From Pecten maximus (Eukaryota), in assembly GCF_902652985.1 (NCBI RefSeq), contig NC_047033.1:26288001-26352000 (forward strand): 64,000 nucleotides of DNA, in the 5' to 3' direction. This document shows positions 12,201 to 24,374 of the stretch, one piece after another (within the stretch, counting starts at the first letter, position 1; each line of letters starts with the position of its first letter). The position numbers were made by a program, and so were the translations under genes. The notes under the pieces are model-generated. The model was given only the letters and a program-made list of their open reading frames with translations, ran no database searches and was not told the origin of the DNA.

Positions 12201-15200
12201 ATAGTGCAACAAGTTGACGTGTGATAGTGCAACAAGTTGACGTGTGATAGTGCAACAAGTTGACGTGTGATAGTGCAACATAGCCGAAATCAGTCACTAT
12301 AGCTAACTGATTAGGGTGGCAATGTCTTCTGTTTTTGGGCACAGGGACTTGAGAATTTGTTATTGTCTACATGTATGTGGGCCTCCCTTAGTGTGTATAG
12401 CACATTTTCAGACGTTTTGGGGAGGCTAGATTAAAATTCGGTAAAAAAGACACCCCCGGTGTCATTCTGAAAATGTGCTATACAACATTTTCAGAATGAC
12501 ACCGGGGGTGTCATTTTACCGAATTTTAATCTAGCCTCCCCAAAACGTCTGAAAATGTGCTATACACACTAGGGGAGGCCCAAATACATGTAGACAATAA
12601 CAAATTCTCAAGTCCCTGTGGTTTTGGGGACGCCAGAGAACCCCATGTTGATCGCATGATGCGACTAAAGGTGTCTCCTGTAGAATCGGTGGATTTCTTA
12701 TGTCTCCTTTGCTCCAGGGGCCAAAAACTATCCGCCGCAGAATTAACAACACTTTCGTTCTTGATATTTGCCTGTGTGTCAGCTGTGTATTTGATAAATT
12801 GATATTATGTATCTTTTTTATGTTGTCTACAGTTTATAGATATTGTTTACCCTGTTTTGATATTATGTACAGTTTATAGATATTGTTTACCCCTCTGTTT
12901 TGATATTATGTACAGTTTATAGATATTGTTTACCCCACAGGTATCTGTTTTGATATTATGTACAGTTTATAGATATTGTTTACCCCACAGGTATCTGTTT
13001 TGATATTATATACAGTTTATAGATATTGTTTACCCCACAGGTATCTGTTTTGATATTATGTACAGTTTATAGATATTGTTTACCCCACAGGTATCTGTTT
13101 TGATATTATGTACAGTTTATAGATATTGTTTACCTCACAGGTATCTGTTTTGATATTATTTACAGTTGATAGATATTGTTTACCCCACAGGTATCTGTTT
13201 TGATATTATTTACAGTTTATAGGTATTGTTTACCCCACAGGTATCTGTTTTGATATTATGTACAGTTTATAGATATTGTTTACCCCACAGGTATCTGTTT
13301 TGATATTATGTACAGTTTATAGATATTGTTTACCCTACAGGTATCTGTTTTGATATTATGTACAGTTTATAGATATTGTTTACCCCACAGGTATCTGTTT
13401 TGATATTATGTACAGTTTATAGATATTGTTTACCCCTCTGTTTTGATATTATATACAGTTTATAGATATTGTTTACTCCACAGGTATCTGTTTTGATATT
13501 ATGTACAGTTTATAGATATTGTTTACCCCACAGGTATCTGTTTTGATATTATTTACAGTTTATAAATATTGTTTACCCCACAGGTATCTGTTTTGATATT
13601 ATGTACAGTTTATAGATATTGTTTACCCCACAGGTATCTGTTTTGATATTATATACAGTTTATAGATATTGTTTACCCCTCTGTTTTGATATTATGTACA
13701 GTTTATAGATATTGTTTACCCCTCTGTTTTGATATTATGTACAGTTTATAGATATTGTTTACCCCACAGGTATCTGTTTTGATATTATTTACAGTTTATA
13801 AATATTGTTTACCCCACAGGTATCTGTTTTGATATTATTTACAGTTTATAGATATTGTTTACCCCACAGGTATCTGTTTTGATATTATGTACAGTTTATA
13901 GATATTGTTTACCCCACAGGTATCTGTTTTGATATTATGTACAGTTTATAGATATTGTTTACCCCACAGATATCTGTTTTGATATTATATACAGTTTATA
14001 GATATTATGTACAGTTTATAGATATTATATACAGTTTATAGATATTGTTTTCCCCACAGGTATCTGTTTTGGATAGACTGGGTCGGTACTTTATACTCAC
14101 CTTCCGCCAGTATTGAGCGGTATGACATCAGTAGAAGCCGGCATGACGTCATTTTCAACATCACCAAGGAGATCTTACCAAATATGGGACGATCTATTGG
14201 CCTAGCTACGGACCTCCCGAACAAGCGTCTCTACTGGGTAGATGCAAAGTAGGTCAAATTTGGATTTCTATTTTTATCCTCCAATTAGATAAATAAATAA
14301 TTTCTGCTTGAAATAGAATACGATGCCATGAACTCTTCGATCTTTGATGCAGCTAATCTTAATATGTTTGTTGAAATAGGTGTAATCTGTTAATTTCAAA
14401 TTTCGAATCAAACCAAAACTTCCAAAGATACCTTATACACATGTTCGTATCTTCACCTGTAACAGGTGTGTTAATTAGGGTTTTGCATTGTTTAACGTCC
14501 TATCAACAGCTAAGGTCATTTAAGGACGGCCTCCCCTGTGTGTGTATGGTTTGGTTGTGTATTGTTTAACGTCCTATCAACAGCTAAGGTCGTTTAAGGA
14601 CGGCCTCCCCTGCGTGCAAGATGCCCGCGTGTGGTGAGTGTTTGTCTTGGGAGGCCGCGGAATGTTCGAATTTGTCTCGTGATAGCGCGGAACTGATGCT
14701 GACTTTATAGTGCTACCTCACTGGAGTATACTGCCGATTTCATGAAGCAGGGCACACCACTTGGCCACATTAAACTGACAGCGGGCAAACCAGTCGTCAC
14801 AGTCCTTAAATGCTGAGCTTTAAGCAGCACTGGGTTGAGTGTCGATGTGAACACGTACGTCACAATTAGAACTATACAATATTTGGAAAATGGTGGGAAA
14901 CTACATGTAGTTATCTCGGCGCAAGTATATAAATCTATACATGTTGTCTGATCACACCAGCGCTGTATCGAAAAGAAATGTGTTCAGTATCTATATAAAA
15001 AAAACAAAAACAAAAACAAAAACTGGCCCCGTATAAATCAATATATTGCCATCTTAAACCAGTAACTATTTCTATCAACTGTTGTACTCCAAACCGAACA
15101 AAGCTATTTACAAAAAGGTCCAGTATGGTTTAAAATACTACATTAGGGTAGCTCTGTGGTGTTCAATTGACCTAGATTTGTTTGGCATATGTCGTTGATT

Positions 15201-18200
15201 TCAAGCAAAGGCGCTTACTCTTCCGTACCCCTGGTCTTATTCTCCTTGTACGTGTTCTCATTGGAAATCTTTATTTTTGTTGGTATTTTAGCCTCGATTT
15301 ATTGGTTTCCGGTTTAATTCGTATTTCCTGTAGTGTTCAGTGACTTTTAGCGGGATTTCAATATGATTACACAACGGTACACGTACATTGCGTCTTGGAT
15401 TACGTTTTCTCAGCTTCAGTTGGACACGAAAGCTACTGGCAGTGCAGATCCGTTAATACTGCAGAAGACAGCTGGTGCAGAAAACGGCCCGTGATTCATC
15501 AAACACATTTTCTCGTCATAAAAACATGAAATATTATGTGGAAACTAGGCGGTTTCCCGCCGTTTTCCTATTTCTCAGGAACAGGGTAATTTCTAATGAA
15601 AGCTAATGACTGTTTCGTATTTTTTTCCGAAACAATAATCTATATGAAGGTCACACATAGAAATAAAAAAACATTTTGAAATCAGTGTAATAAACTGATA
15701 ATGTATACTCTCATTTACTTGACCTTAAAATCAAGGTCCTAGGGATGAAAGGTCATAGGGTAGAAAGGTCATGTGATTGAATTGTGTATCGGGTGTAATA
15801 TTTGAGTAGTTCTATCGTTCATTGATGAAACTGGTAAAAACGAGTGCTGCCTGCAACTAATTGGTCTTCACCTAGAGGTCAGGTCACAAAGACAGGGTCG
15901 GAGGTCATTTTCTTATTCATTGTATATTGAATATGTGGCGATATTAATTCTAGTTTATTAAAGGTCAAAGGTAACGTCACTACAATGCGGGTTGATGTTG
16001 TATGACGTTTCAGGGCTACGTGTATAGATACATTGGCTTTGGCAATTGGGGTCTGTACCATAGCATTAAGGTGTTTAACGATGAGACTGTTGTGAAGCTT
16101 ATAAAAGAAAGAAAATTCTGTTGGGTCGAAGATTAGTATAAATGCGATTTAATGTAACGTAACCTTGATGTATCCAGTGCTTACCGCCAAGGTCAATATC
16201 AAAGTAAACATCAAACTTCAATTAGAATTCATTCGAGTTGTCAAACGCTTAAGATTCTGTTCCACGTATCCACAGTGAAATAGTACCATAAAGCGGAAAT
16301 GACGTCAACGAGCTGTATCCCGACACGTTATACCTTAACTTGACATTTTTACCAGCAGGGTAAATACCTGTGTACAGCACTATTCCTGACGAGAGTTACC
16401 CTGCTGTGTCCCGATGGACTGGCATTAACAGCCTTCCCCGGTAATATAGTATCTCTCACAGCTAATGTTCCGTTCCTCTCTCGTGTTTCCATCAATCGTG
16501 CATCAGACTCTAACGTTAAAAGTTTGGGGTATTGGCAAACTTCTCAGACACATAAAAAGGCTGTGTAACAAATCAAATACACACCTTGTAAATTACTTAA
16601 TGACGTAATCCCGGGGCGAGTCTGGGACGTTTTCTGACGTAATCCAGTGTGAGTCTGGGGCGTTTTCTGACATAATCCAGTGTGAGTCTTGGACGTTTTC
16701 TGACATAATCCGAGGCGAGTCTGGGGCGTTTTCTGACATAATCCGAGGCGAGTCTGGGGCGTTTTCTGACATAATCCAGTGTGAGTCTGGGGCGTTTTCT
16801 GACATAATCCAGTGTGAGTCTGGGGCGTTTTCTGACATAATCCGAGGCGAGTCTAGGGCGTTTTCTGACATAATCCGAGGCGAGTCTGGGGCGTTTTCTG
16901 ACATAATCCAGTGTGAGTCTGGGGCGTTTTCTGACATAATCCAGTGTGAGTCTGGGACGTTTTCTGACATAATCCAGGGCGAGTCTGGGGCGTTTTCTGA
17001 CGTAATCCAGTGTGAGTCTGGGACGTTTTCTGACATAATCCAGGGCGAGTCTGGGGCGTTTTCTGACATAATCCGAGGCGAGTCTGGGACGTTTTCTGAC
17101 ATAATCCAGGGCGAGTCTGGGACGTTTTCTGACATAATCCAGTGTGAATCTGGGACGTTTTCTGACATAATCCAGTGTGAATCTGGGACGTTTTCTGATT
17201 TAGTTTTTGGTTTAGTATTGTTTAACGTCCTATCAACAGCTATGGTCATTCATGCATGCGTTAGGTGTTGAGCGCGCGGGTGTTTTGGGAGGCTGCGATA
17301 TGTTTGTGTTTGTCTCCATATGATCGACTTTATAGTGCTACCTCACTTAAGTATACTGCCGCAGACATCCAACAGGACACCCCACCCGGTCATATTATCC
17401 TGACAACAGGTAAACCAGTCGTCCCGCTCTCAAAATTCAGAGCATTAGCAGGAGTAGCAACTACTTTTTTTGAAAACGCCTCCGCTATGTCTCGGTCAGG
17501 GGCAGAACCCAAAGTCGTAATCCAGAACTTGGAGTCTTGGGAGTTTCCTGACGTAATGCAGGGCGAGTCTGGCGTTTACTGGCGTAAGTCTAGGAGAATC
17601 TAGGGGCGTTTTCTGACGTAATCCAGGCGGAATCTAGAGGCGTTTCCTGGCGTAAGCCTGGGCGAGTCTAGAGGGATTTTCGAACGTAATCCAGGGTGAG
17701 GCTGCGGCGTTTTCGGACTTATTCCAAGGTGAGGCTGGGGCGTTTTCGGACGTAATCCAGGGTGAGGCTGGGTCGTTTTCGGACGTAAGCCAAGGTGAGG
17801 CTGGGGTGTTTTCGGACGTAATCCAGGCCGAATCCTGAAAGTACGGGCTAACGTTTGTGGCTTTTAGCTTTACGTTTTACATGTACGAGCTGCTGTACAT
17901 GTTGCACGCACCTGTACCATCAAACATCACGCTGTGTTTTGTATTTTTGCTCTGTCTGGTATGTACAAATTGAAAGTAGCACACATCTTCCTTGATGGGC
18001 AAAAACACCTCTTGGTTTTATTCAGTGATTCTGACAACAACCCTGGTGTCGGCCGTGTTGTTCCGTAACCCTGATACCGTCTGTAGTGTGTACCGGATAA
18101 AAAGGTGTCCTAACTAAATGTATGTTTCAGAAATCAGACATTTATGCGCTTAGGCAAATACCATATTCCTTGTGGGAAGCACACCACGTGCGATTTGAAG

Positions 18201-21200
18201 TTGTTGCACACATTTTAAGAATAGCTTAGTGTGTACATCATTCTAACAATGGATACCGTATATGCACATCCATGGAATTTAAACACGTGGTTTGAAGAAT
18301 CCGAAGAATGTGTACCACAGGTTTTGTGGATTTTGACCTTTCCAGTTTTGGACGGTTTAGAGTAAAAATGGCACCCCGTAACCCGTTCTACTTTCAACTT
18401 TATATTTTTCATTATCTTAACAAAAATATGATGTGCAGTGAAAGCATATGTTCAAGAATTTAAAACAGTTGATCTTGCAAAGATTACGTAATATTTTGAT
18501 ATTTCGAAGTTAATCAGCTCTGAAAACTAAAATACACCTTAGGTTCAAATAGATCCGACTGTAACTAATGCTCAGGTCCGTGTGTTTCATAGCGATATGT
18601 GTCGGGTTTTTTTACTGCTTCCTCTTGCGATATGTAGTTCGGTAGATAATGGTTTACTGTGAATGTTTTTACTTTGACGATTTAAGGAGAGGTGCCGTCT
18701 TGGCGGTCATTTAATGACCAATTTACCCGATATGTCACGTTACATGTACAACGACATTGTCACATCACCACTATGTTTGTCAAGTTGAGAGAATCATGTA
18801 ACGACTTTTAGCCAAACCCTTCCTCGCGGGCCACACACTCAACTCAAAATACCCACGATGGAGCAGTGTCTAGAGATGCATTAGGTTGTTAAGAGTTGAA
18901 GAGAGAAGACGAAGAATTACAGACCTCAAATTCTCTACGCATTCTGTAGTCGCTTCTACAAAACGACGTGACGGGTACACCGGAATCCCTGCTGAAACGA
19001 CACATATGAATTATTCGAATTTGACTTATATACCTTTACTTACCACTCAGGAACGTATGGTCGTGTCGATTTTGATAGATAAATTTAACAGAATTACAAA
19101 ACCCATTAAAAATGTTATTTGGGCGCCAGATACTTTAACAGAATTACAAAACCAATTAAAAATGTTATTTGGGCGACAGATACTTTAACAGAATTACAAA
19201 ACCAATTAAAAATGTTATTTGGGCGCCAGATACTTTAACAGAATTACAAAACCAATTAAAAATGTTATTCGGGCGACCGATACTTTAACAGAATTACAAA
19301 ACCAATTAAAATATTTTTCAGGCGACAGATACTTTAACAGAATTACAAAACCCATTAAAAATGTTTTTCAGGCGACAGATACTTTAACAGAATTACAAAA
19401 CCAATTAAAAATGTTTTTGGGCGACAGATACTTTAACAGAATTACAAAACCAATTAAAAATGTTATTTGGGCGACAGATACTTTAACAGAATTACAAAAC
19501 CAATTAAAAATGTTATTCGGGCGACAGATACTTTAACAGAATTACAAAACCAATTAAAAATGTTATTTGGGCGACAGATACTTTAACAGAATTACAAAAC
19601 CAATTAAAAATGTTATTTGGGCGACAGATAATTTTAATGGCTATATTGTTATTTAATTGATAATTCCGAAACTTCTGTTTTACTCTCTGTGTATATTGCT
19701 ATTGTTAATCCGTTATTGGTTGGTCATCCATTACGTACATACAAAATATCACTTTCAGAAAGAGGGGCCGCGATATATTAGTCGGTTAGAGCGCTGGTCA
19801 TGTAGCCTCGCCGGGGCGAAGGTCTGAGGGGCGTGGTTCGACGCTCCCTACCTGTGTCGGTTTGTGTTTGAAATCTGAGAAACGGGTCGGTCTGTGGTGT
19901 TGTGGTTGTGTCTTTAGGCAGTACACTTTACCCTAATTACACAGGATACCATACGACGGGCCTCCCGTATGTTGTTCACTGAGGTAGTCACCAACTACTA
20001 CAAGTAAACCCCGCCTCAAAATGACTCTGGCTGTTTACGGGGCGATAAATCAAGTAAATAAACAAACAGTGTGACCTTTATTTTTATTAACAGGTCGGAG
20101 TCCGTGCAGACGGTCAGTTATGATGGCGCCTCATTCCGGGTCATAGTGAAGAGTAGGTTCCGAAATGGACTACAGAACCACAATTTCCTCACCGAACCCA
20201 GAAGTGTAGCAATTTTTGGGAAGAATGCATTCTGGTCAGATCGAGCCACTCAGTCCGTCGTCAAGGTTCGGGACACATAATATATATTACTACTTTCTCG
20301 TCAGTCAAAGGAATGAGTCTAACAAAATATGATAACTTAGTACTTTGTCAAATAAAATTGCTAAAAGGTACCTAATGAATGGGATGAATGGGGATATAGA
20401 TCGTCTACAGACTACAGTATAATCTGTAAAGGGAGAAAAATCCACCAAAATCTACAGAATATAATAGAAACATAAAAGTCCAGTATGTCTAAAGGGAGAT
20501 AAATCCACCAAAAAGTACAATACCTTGGTATATTATAGGGAGATAATTCCACCAGAAAATACAATATAAAATATGTAAAGGGAGATAATCCACAAAAAAT
20601 ACTGTATCATATGTAAAGGGAGATAAATTGGCCAAAAAATACAATATAATATGGAAAGGGAGATCATTCCACCAAAAGTAACAGTATAATATGCAAAGGG
20701 ATATTAATCCACCTAAAAGTATCCTCTATTAATGTACAGTATAATAAGGGATATTAATTCACAACAAATTACAGTATAATTTGTAAAGGGAGATAAATCA
20801 AACAAAAATACTGTATCATATGTAAAGGGAGATAAATCAACCAAAAAATACAACAATTTGTAAAGGGAGATAATCCTTCCAAAAAGTACAGCATGAAATA
20901 TGTAAAAGGAGATAAATCTGCAAAATGTAGTGGCAAAATATTGTTATTTTATATGTTACTTAGTCAAGCAAAGAATTGACACTAGATAGTGATAGTGCCA
21001 CCTAGTGAGTAATAAAAGTTGTCCCCCTGACTACGCTTATAGGAGACACACAATTATTTTTATGACAATGAAGTGTTATAGGCATAAGACAGTTTTATGT
21101 ATGATTGCATCTATCTGAAGTACATTTGATATCCAAAACTGGCTGAAATTAAGAGGTTTCAATTTATCTTCTCCAATATACTTAAAATCAATTTATGCCA

Positions 21201-21980
21201 ATTGAGATTCTTAATAAACAGTTGTATGATTCAAAGTTAAAGTTATCTGTGAGTCTCCTGTACAATCCTTTGTTTTTGTTTTGATTTTATTCACAGGCAA
21301 GAAAAGATGGCAGTTCTAAGGTAAAGTTACTGAAGACACTGACAGCTTCGCCTCCACTAGACTTAAAAGTCTTCCACGCCCTCATACAGCCCTCAGGTAA
21401 GAGTAGGCCTCAGGTAAGAGCAGGCCTCACATTAGAATATATCATTAATCAATACAGGTAAATGTGAATCTTCTACACTCTAACTTTGAAGAACCATTGG
21501 ACAGACTGGTAGGTCCTCCTTACCAATTTTCAGTTTCCATGAACATTATGAATCTAAGGCTTAAGGCTACCAGACCCAATTTGTATCTAAAGAAATGTCC
21601 AACTACAATCTTTTACTAGTGTATCATTCCTAAGAGACAATTTAGGTTTAGTAAGTTCTGGGAAATTGTTCTCCAGAATTGATGAGAAATGTCTCGCCCA
21701 TACCTTTGTTACAGTGCCGTGGCGGTTAGCTATTTGATACTGAAACTTTGGCCAAGACTTCCTCAGTTTCAATTTGAAAATATACTTTTAATGTTACATT
21801 TTAAGGATGTGATTGTGACTGTATACTGTATACAAGAGATGCTGTTTTATTGTAGGGACACCAAGGTACCAGATCAAACTGATGGCTACCTCCTCCAGTG
21901 ACGTTCATCGGTCCAGATATACAGTAGTGATGACAGCAGCCATACTGACTCTAACTGTAATGATAGCCATGTTTAGTTGA
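2694..21980 (+). CDS. Spliced gene, ~514 aa: signal peptide + Frizzled cysteine-rich domain + LDLR class B (YWTD) beta-propeller + putative GPI-anchor signal
   Basis: Exons 2694-3249, 8221-8418, 9441-9645, 14060-14248, 20094-20265, 21297-21396, 21856-21980. All introns are GT-AG with matching phases (1,1,2,2,0,1). Total is 1545 nt, ending in TGA. Confidence 0.85.
3288..4977. repeat. 31 bp minisatellite (ctgggtgacggatactgtgtagttactgatg)n
   Basis: Tandem periodicity; starts ~40 nt after the donor. Confidence 0.95.
5745..7020. repeat. Mixed 15/22 bp minisatellite (caaggtaactgttct[cacagac])n
   Basis: Tandem periodicity. Confidence 0.9.
8221..8418 (+). CDS. Gene 1 exon 2: start of YWTD propeller (AIDYH..IYWAS)
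   Basis: ctttcag| acceptor and G|gtacgt donor; LDLR class B-like motif. Confidence 0.85.
9022..9246. mobile_element. MITE, Tc1/mariner-type, TA target duplication
   Basis: TIR ctgtaaacgtgg / ccacgtttacag with TA on both sides; interrupts a 42-bp repeat. Confidence 0.8.
9441..9645 (+). CDS. Gene 1 exon 3: YWTD repeat (IAVDWITRHLFWME..NPKSLVLDP)
   Basis: ttctag| acceptor (an in-frame alternative AG ends at 9449) and GG|gtaaat donor. Confidence 0.88.
11162..12299. mobile_element. Non-autonomous TIR element with internal inverted segment and 16-bp/23-bp tandem arrays
   Basis: Imperfect TIR cggtggctgatttcagc / gccgaaatcagtcacta, TA-flanked; (gagagtgcgacaatgt)n at 11600-12000 and (tgatagtgcaacaagttgacgtg)n at 12000-12280. 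Confidence 0.6.
12340..12620. mobile_element. Foldback MITE (near-perfect 281-bp palindrome)
   Basis: cacagggacttgagaatttg ... caaattctcaagtccctgtg; flanks gtttttggg / gttttgggg. Confidence 0.8.
12826..14071. repeat. 50 bp tandem array copying the exon-4 acceptor
   Basis: Unit tacagtttatagatattgtttaccccacag|gtatctgttttgatattatg. Confidence 0.95.
14060..14248 (+). CDS. Gene 1 exon 4: YWTD repeats (YLFWIDW..GLATDLPNKRLYWVDA)
   Basis: ccccacag| acceptor and AA|gtaggt donor; hand translation. Confidence 0.88.
14488..14830 (-). mobile_element. SINE-like interspersed repeat, family A
   Basis: Shares tttaacgtcctatcaacagcta and tttatagtgctacctcact with copies at 17200 and 35075. Confidence 0.65.
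16600..17198. repeat. 33 bp minisatellite; degenerate continuation at 17513-17835
   Basis: (gacataatccagtgtgagtctggggcgttttct)n. Confidence 0.92.
17200..17512 (-). mobile_element. SINE-like family A copy inserted in the 33-bp array
   Basis: Same motifs as the 14488 and 35075 copies; array units on both sides. Confidence 0.65.
19083..19638. repeat. 50 bp minisatellite, ~11 copies
   Basis: (ttaacagaattacaaaaccaattaaaaatgttatttgggcgacagatact)n. Confidence 0.95.
19764..20068 (+). mobile_element. tRNA-derived SINE, family B
   Basis: A-box-like tagtcggttagagcg, B-box-like ggttcgac, CORE-like tgtgtctttaggcagtacacttta and (aaac)n tail; partial second copy at 24375-24583. Confidence 0.7.
20094..20265 (+). 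CDS. Gene 1 exon 5: YWTD repeat (PRSVAIFGKNAFWSD)
   Basis: taacag| acceptor and AAG|gttcgg donor. Confidence 0.85.
20420..20920. repeat. Degenerate ~40 bp tandem repeat
   Basis: Recurring tgtaaagggagataaatccacc. Confidence 0.75.
21297..21396 (+). CDS. Gene 1 exon 6: end of propeller (PLDLKVFHALIQP)
   Basis: tcacag| acceptor and CAG|gtaaga donor; resembles the PxDI.VFH..RQP closing strand of LRP-family propellers. Confidence 0.82.
21856..21980 (+). CDS. Gene 1 last coding exon: hydrophobic C-terminal tail
   Basis: ttgtag| acceptor; GTPRYQIKLMATSSSDVHRSRYTVVMTAAILTLTVMIAMFS*. Confidence 0.7.
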
Positions 21981-22082
21981 TATCAATCTCTATAGAACAT
22001 TTAGTCTGAAATCTTAAATAATGGGCTATCTAATTCATCTAAAGAATATAACAGAAACCAGGCTCAGGTATGGTGAATCATG

Positions 22083-23750
22083 GACATTATTACTAGGTGC
22101 TAACACCCAGGATGTGTATAACTAGGTGCTAACACCCTGGACATGTATTACGTGGTACTAACACCCCGGACATGTATTACATGGTACTAACACCCAGGAT
22201 GTGTATTACTAGGTGCTAACACCCAGGACATGTATTACGTGGTACTAACACCCCAGACATGTATTATGTGGTGCTAACACCCCGGACATGTATTATGTGG
22301 TGCTAACACTCAGGACATGTATTATGTGGTGCTAACACCCTGGACATGTATTACGTGGTGCTAACACCCAGGATGTGTATTATGTGGTGCTAACACCCTG
22401 GACATGTATTACGTGGTACTAACACCCCGGACATGTATTACATGGTACTAACACCCAGGATGTGTATTACTAGGTGCTAACACCCAGGACATGTATTACG
22501 TGGTACTAACACCCCAGACATGTATTATGTGGTGCTAACACCCCGGACATGTATTATGTGGTGCTAACACTCAGGACATGTATTATGTGGTGCTAACACC
22601 CTGGACATGTATTACGTGGTGCTAACACCTTGGACAAGTATTATGTGGTGCTAACACCCTGGACAAGTATTATGTGGTGCTAACACCCTGGACATGTATT
22701 ACGTGGTGCTAACACCTTGGACAAGTATTATGTGGTACTAACACCCCGGACATGTATTATGTGGTGCTAACACCCTGGACATGTATTACGTGGTACTAAC
22801 ACCCTGGACATGTATTATGTGGTGCTAACACCCTGGACATGTATTACGTGGTACTAACACCCTGGACATGTATTACTAGGTGCTAAAACCCAGGACATGT
22901 ATTACTAGGTGCTAACACCCAGGATGTGTATTATGTGGTGCTAACACCCTGGACATGTATTACTAGGTGCTAACACCCAGGATGTGTATTATGTGGTGCT
23001 AACACCCTGGACATGTATTACGTGGTACTAACACCCAGGACATGTATTACTAGGTGCTAACACCCTGGACATGTATTACTAGGTGCTAACACCCAGGATG
23101 TGTATTACTAGGTGCTAACACCTTGGACATGTATTACGTGGTACTAACACCCCGGACATGTATTACGTGGTACTAACACGCTGGATGTGTATTACTAGGT
23201 GCTAACACCCAGGATGTGTATTACTAGGTGCTAACACCCAGGATGTGTATTACTAGGTGCTAACACCCAGGATGTGTATTACTAGGTGCTAACACCCAGG
23301 ATGTGTATTATGTGGTGCTAACACCCTGGACATGTATTACGTGGTACTAACACCCTGGACATGTATTATGTGGTGCTTACACCTAGGATGTGTATTACTA
23401 GGTGCTAACACCCTGGATGTGTATTACTAGGTGCTAACACATAGGATGTGTATTACTAGGTGCTAACACCTAGGATGTGTATTACTAGGTGCTAACACCC
23501 TGGACATGTATTATGTGGTGCTAACACCTAGGATGTGTATTACTAGGTGCTAACACCTAGGATGTGTATTATGAGGTGCTAACACCCAGGATGTGTATTA
23601 CTAGGTGCTAACACCTAGGATGTGTATTACTAGGTGCTAACACCTAGGATGTGTATTATGAGGTGCTAATATACTCAGGACGTGTATTATACCATGCTAA
23701 CACCTTAGACATGTATTACATGGTGCTAACACCCTTGATGTCTATTACAT
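22083..23750. repeat. 29 bp minisatellite just downstream of the gene 1 stop
   Basis: (ggacatgtattacgtggtgctaacaccct)n. Confidence 0.95.
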
Positions 23751-24374
23751 GGAGATGATTTTTAATAACATCCTGGATATGCTTTCATAGTGTTATATTT
23801 ACCATTGTATGGCACTGCCACTATATAACCCTACCAATTCAGTTGCGAGTTCACCAGCTTATGAACTGCCAATTTCAAAAAAAAATCGCACGACAAATAA
23901 AAAATCGCAGATGGTAAATATAAGCATTGAACGGCTTTCAGTTGGCATTCATAGTCAATATGAATGCCAACTGAAAGCTGTTCAATGTTAAATGTAACAG
24001 AACAGAATGAATTCCAAATGTGTACTCAGCTCGGATTTTAAAATACAACAGCCTATTAGGGAATCAATACTGAAATTAAAACATTCTCTTCTCAGCAGAA
24101 ATTGAAAAATTTGTCATGGACAGGAAAAGTTTATTATAATGTATATTTGTCTATCAACAGATAAGATTTTACATTTAATTTATTATATAGATAATGATAA
24201 GTATATAATGTTGTTTATGATTATTTCAATTAATATATGTAGATTCATACTTTTTGACAATAAAGTATATGAGTTTGTGTTGAAAACAGTTTCTTGTTAT
24301 CTATATCATCGAACAGAGAATTTCTCAAAACTAGACTGTCACCAGGACAGGACTAAATCCCTTCTCCTTAACCT

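Noticed and set aside
11380-12342. 320/238/218-aa minus-strand ORFs
   Set aside because: They are stop-free readings of 16- and 23-bp repeats inside a TIR element, open in all three frames.
16593-17249. 218-aa ORF of 11-aa repeats
   Set aside because: A 33-bp minisatellite plus SINE tail, antisense within an intron, with no splice or domain support.
22083-23750. CRISPR-like regular repeats (here and at other arrays)
   Set aside because: No unique spacers and no cas genes; this is eukaryotic spliced context.
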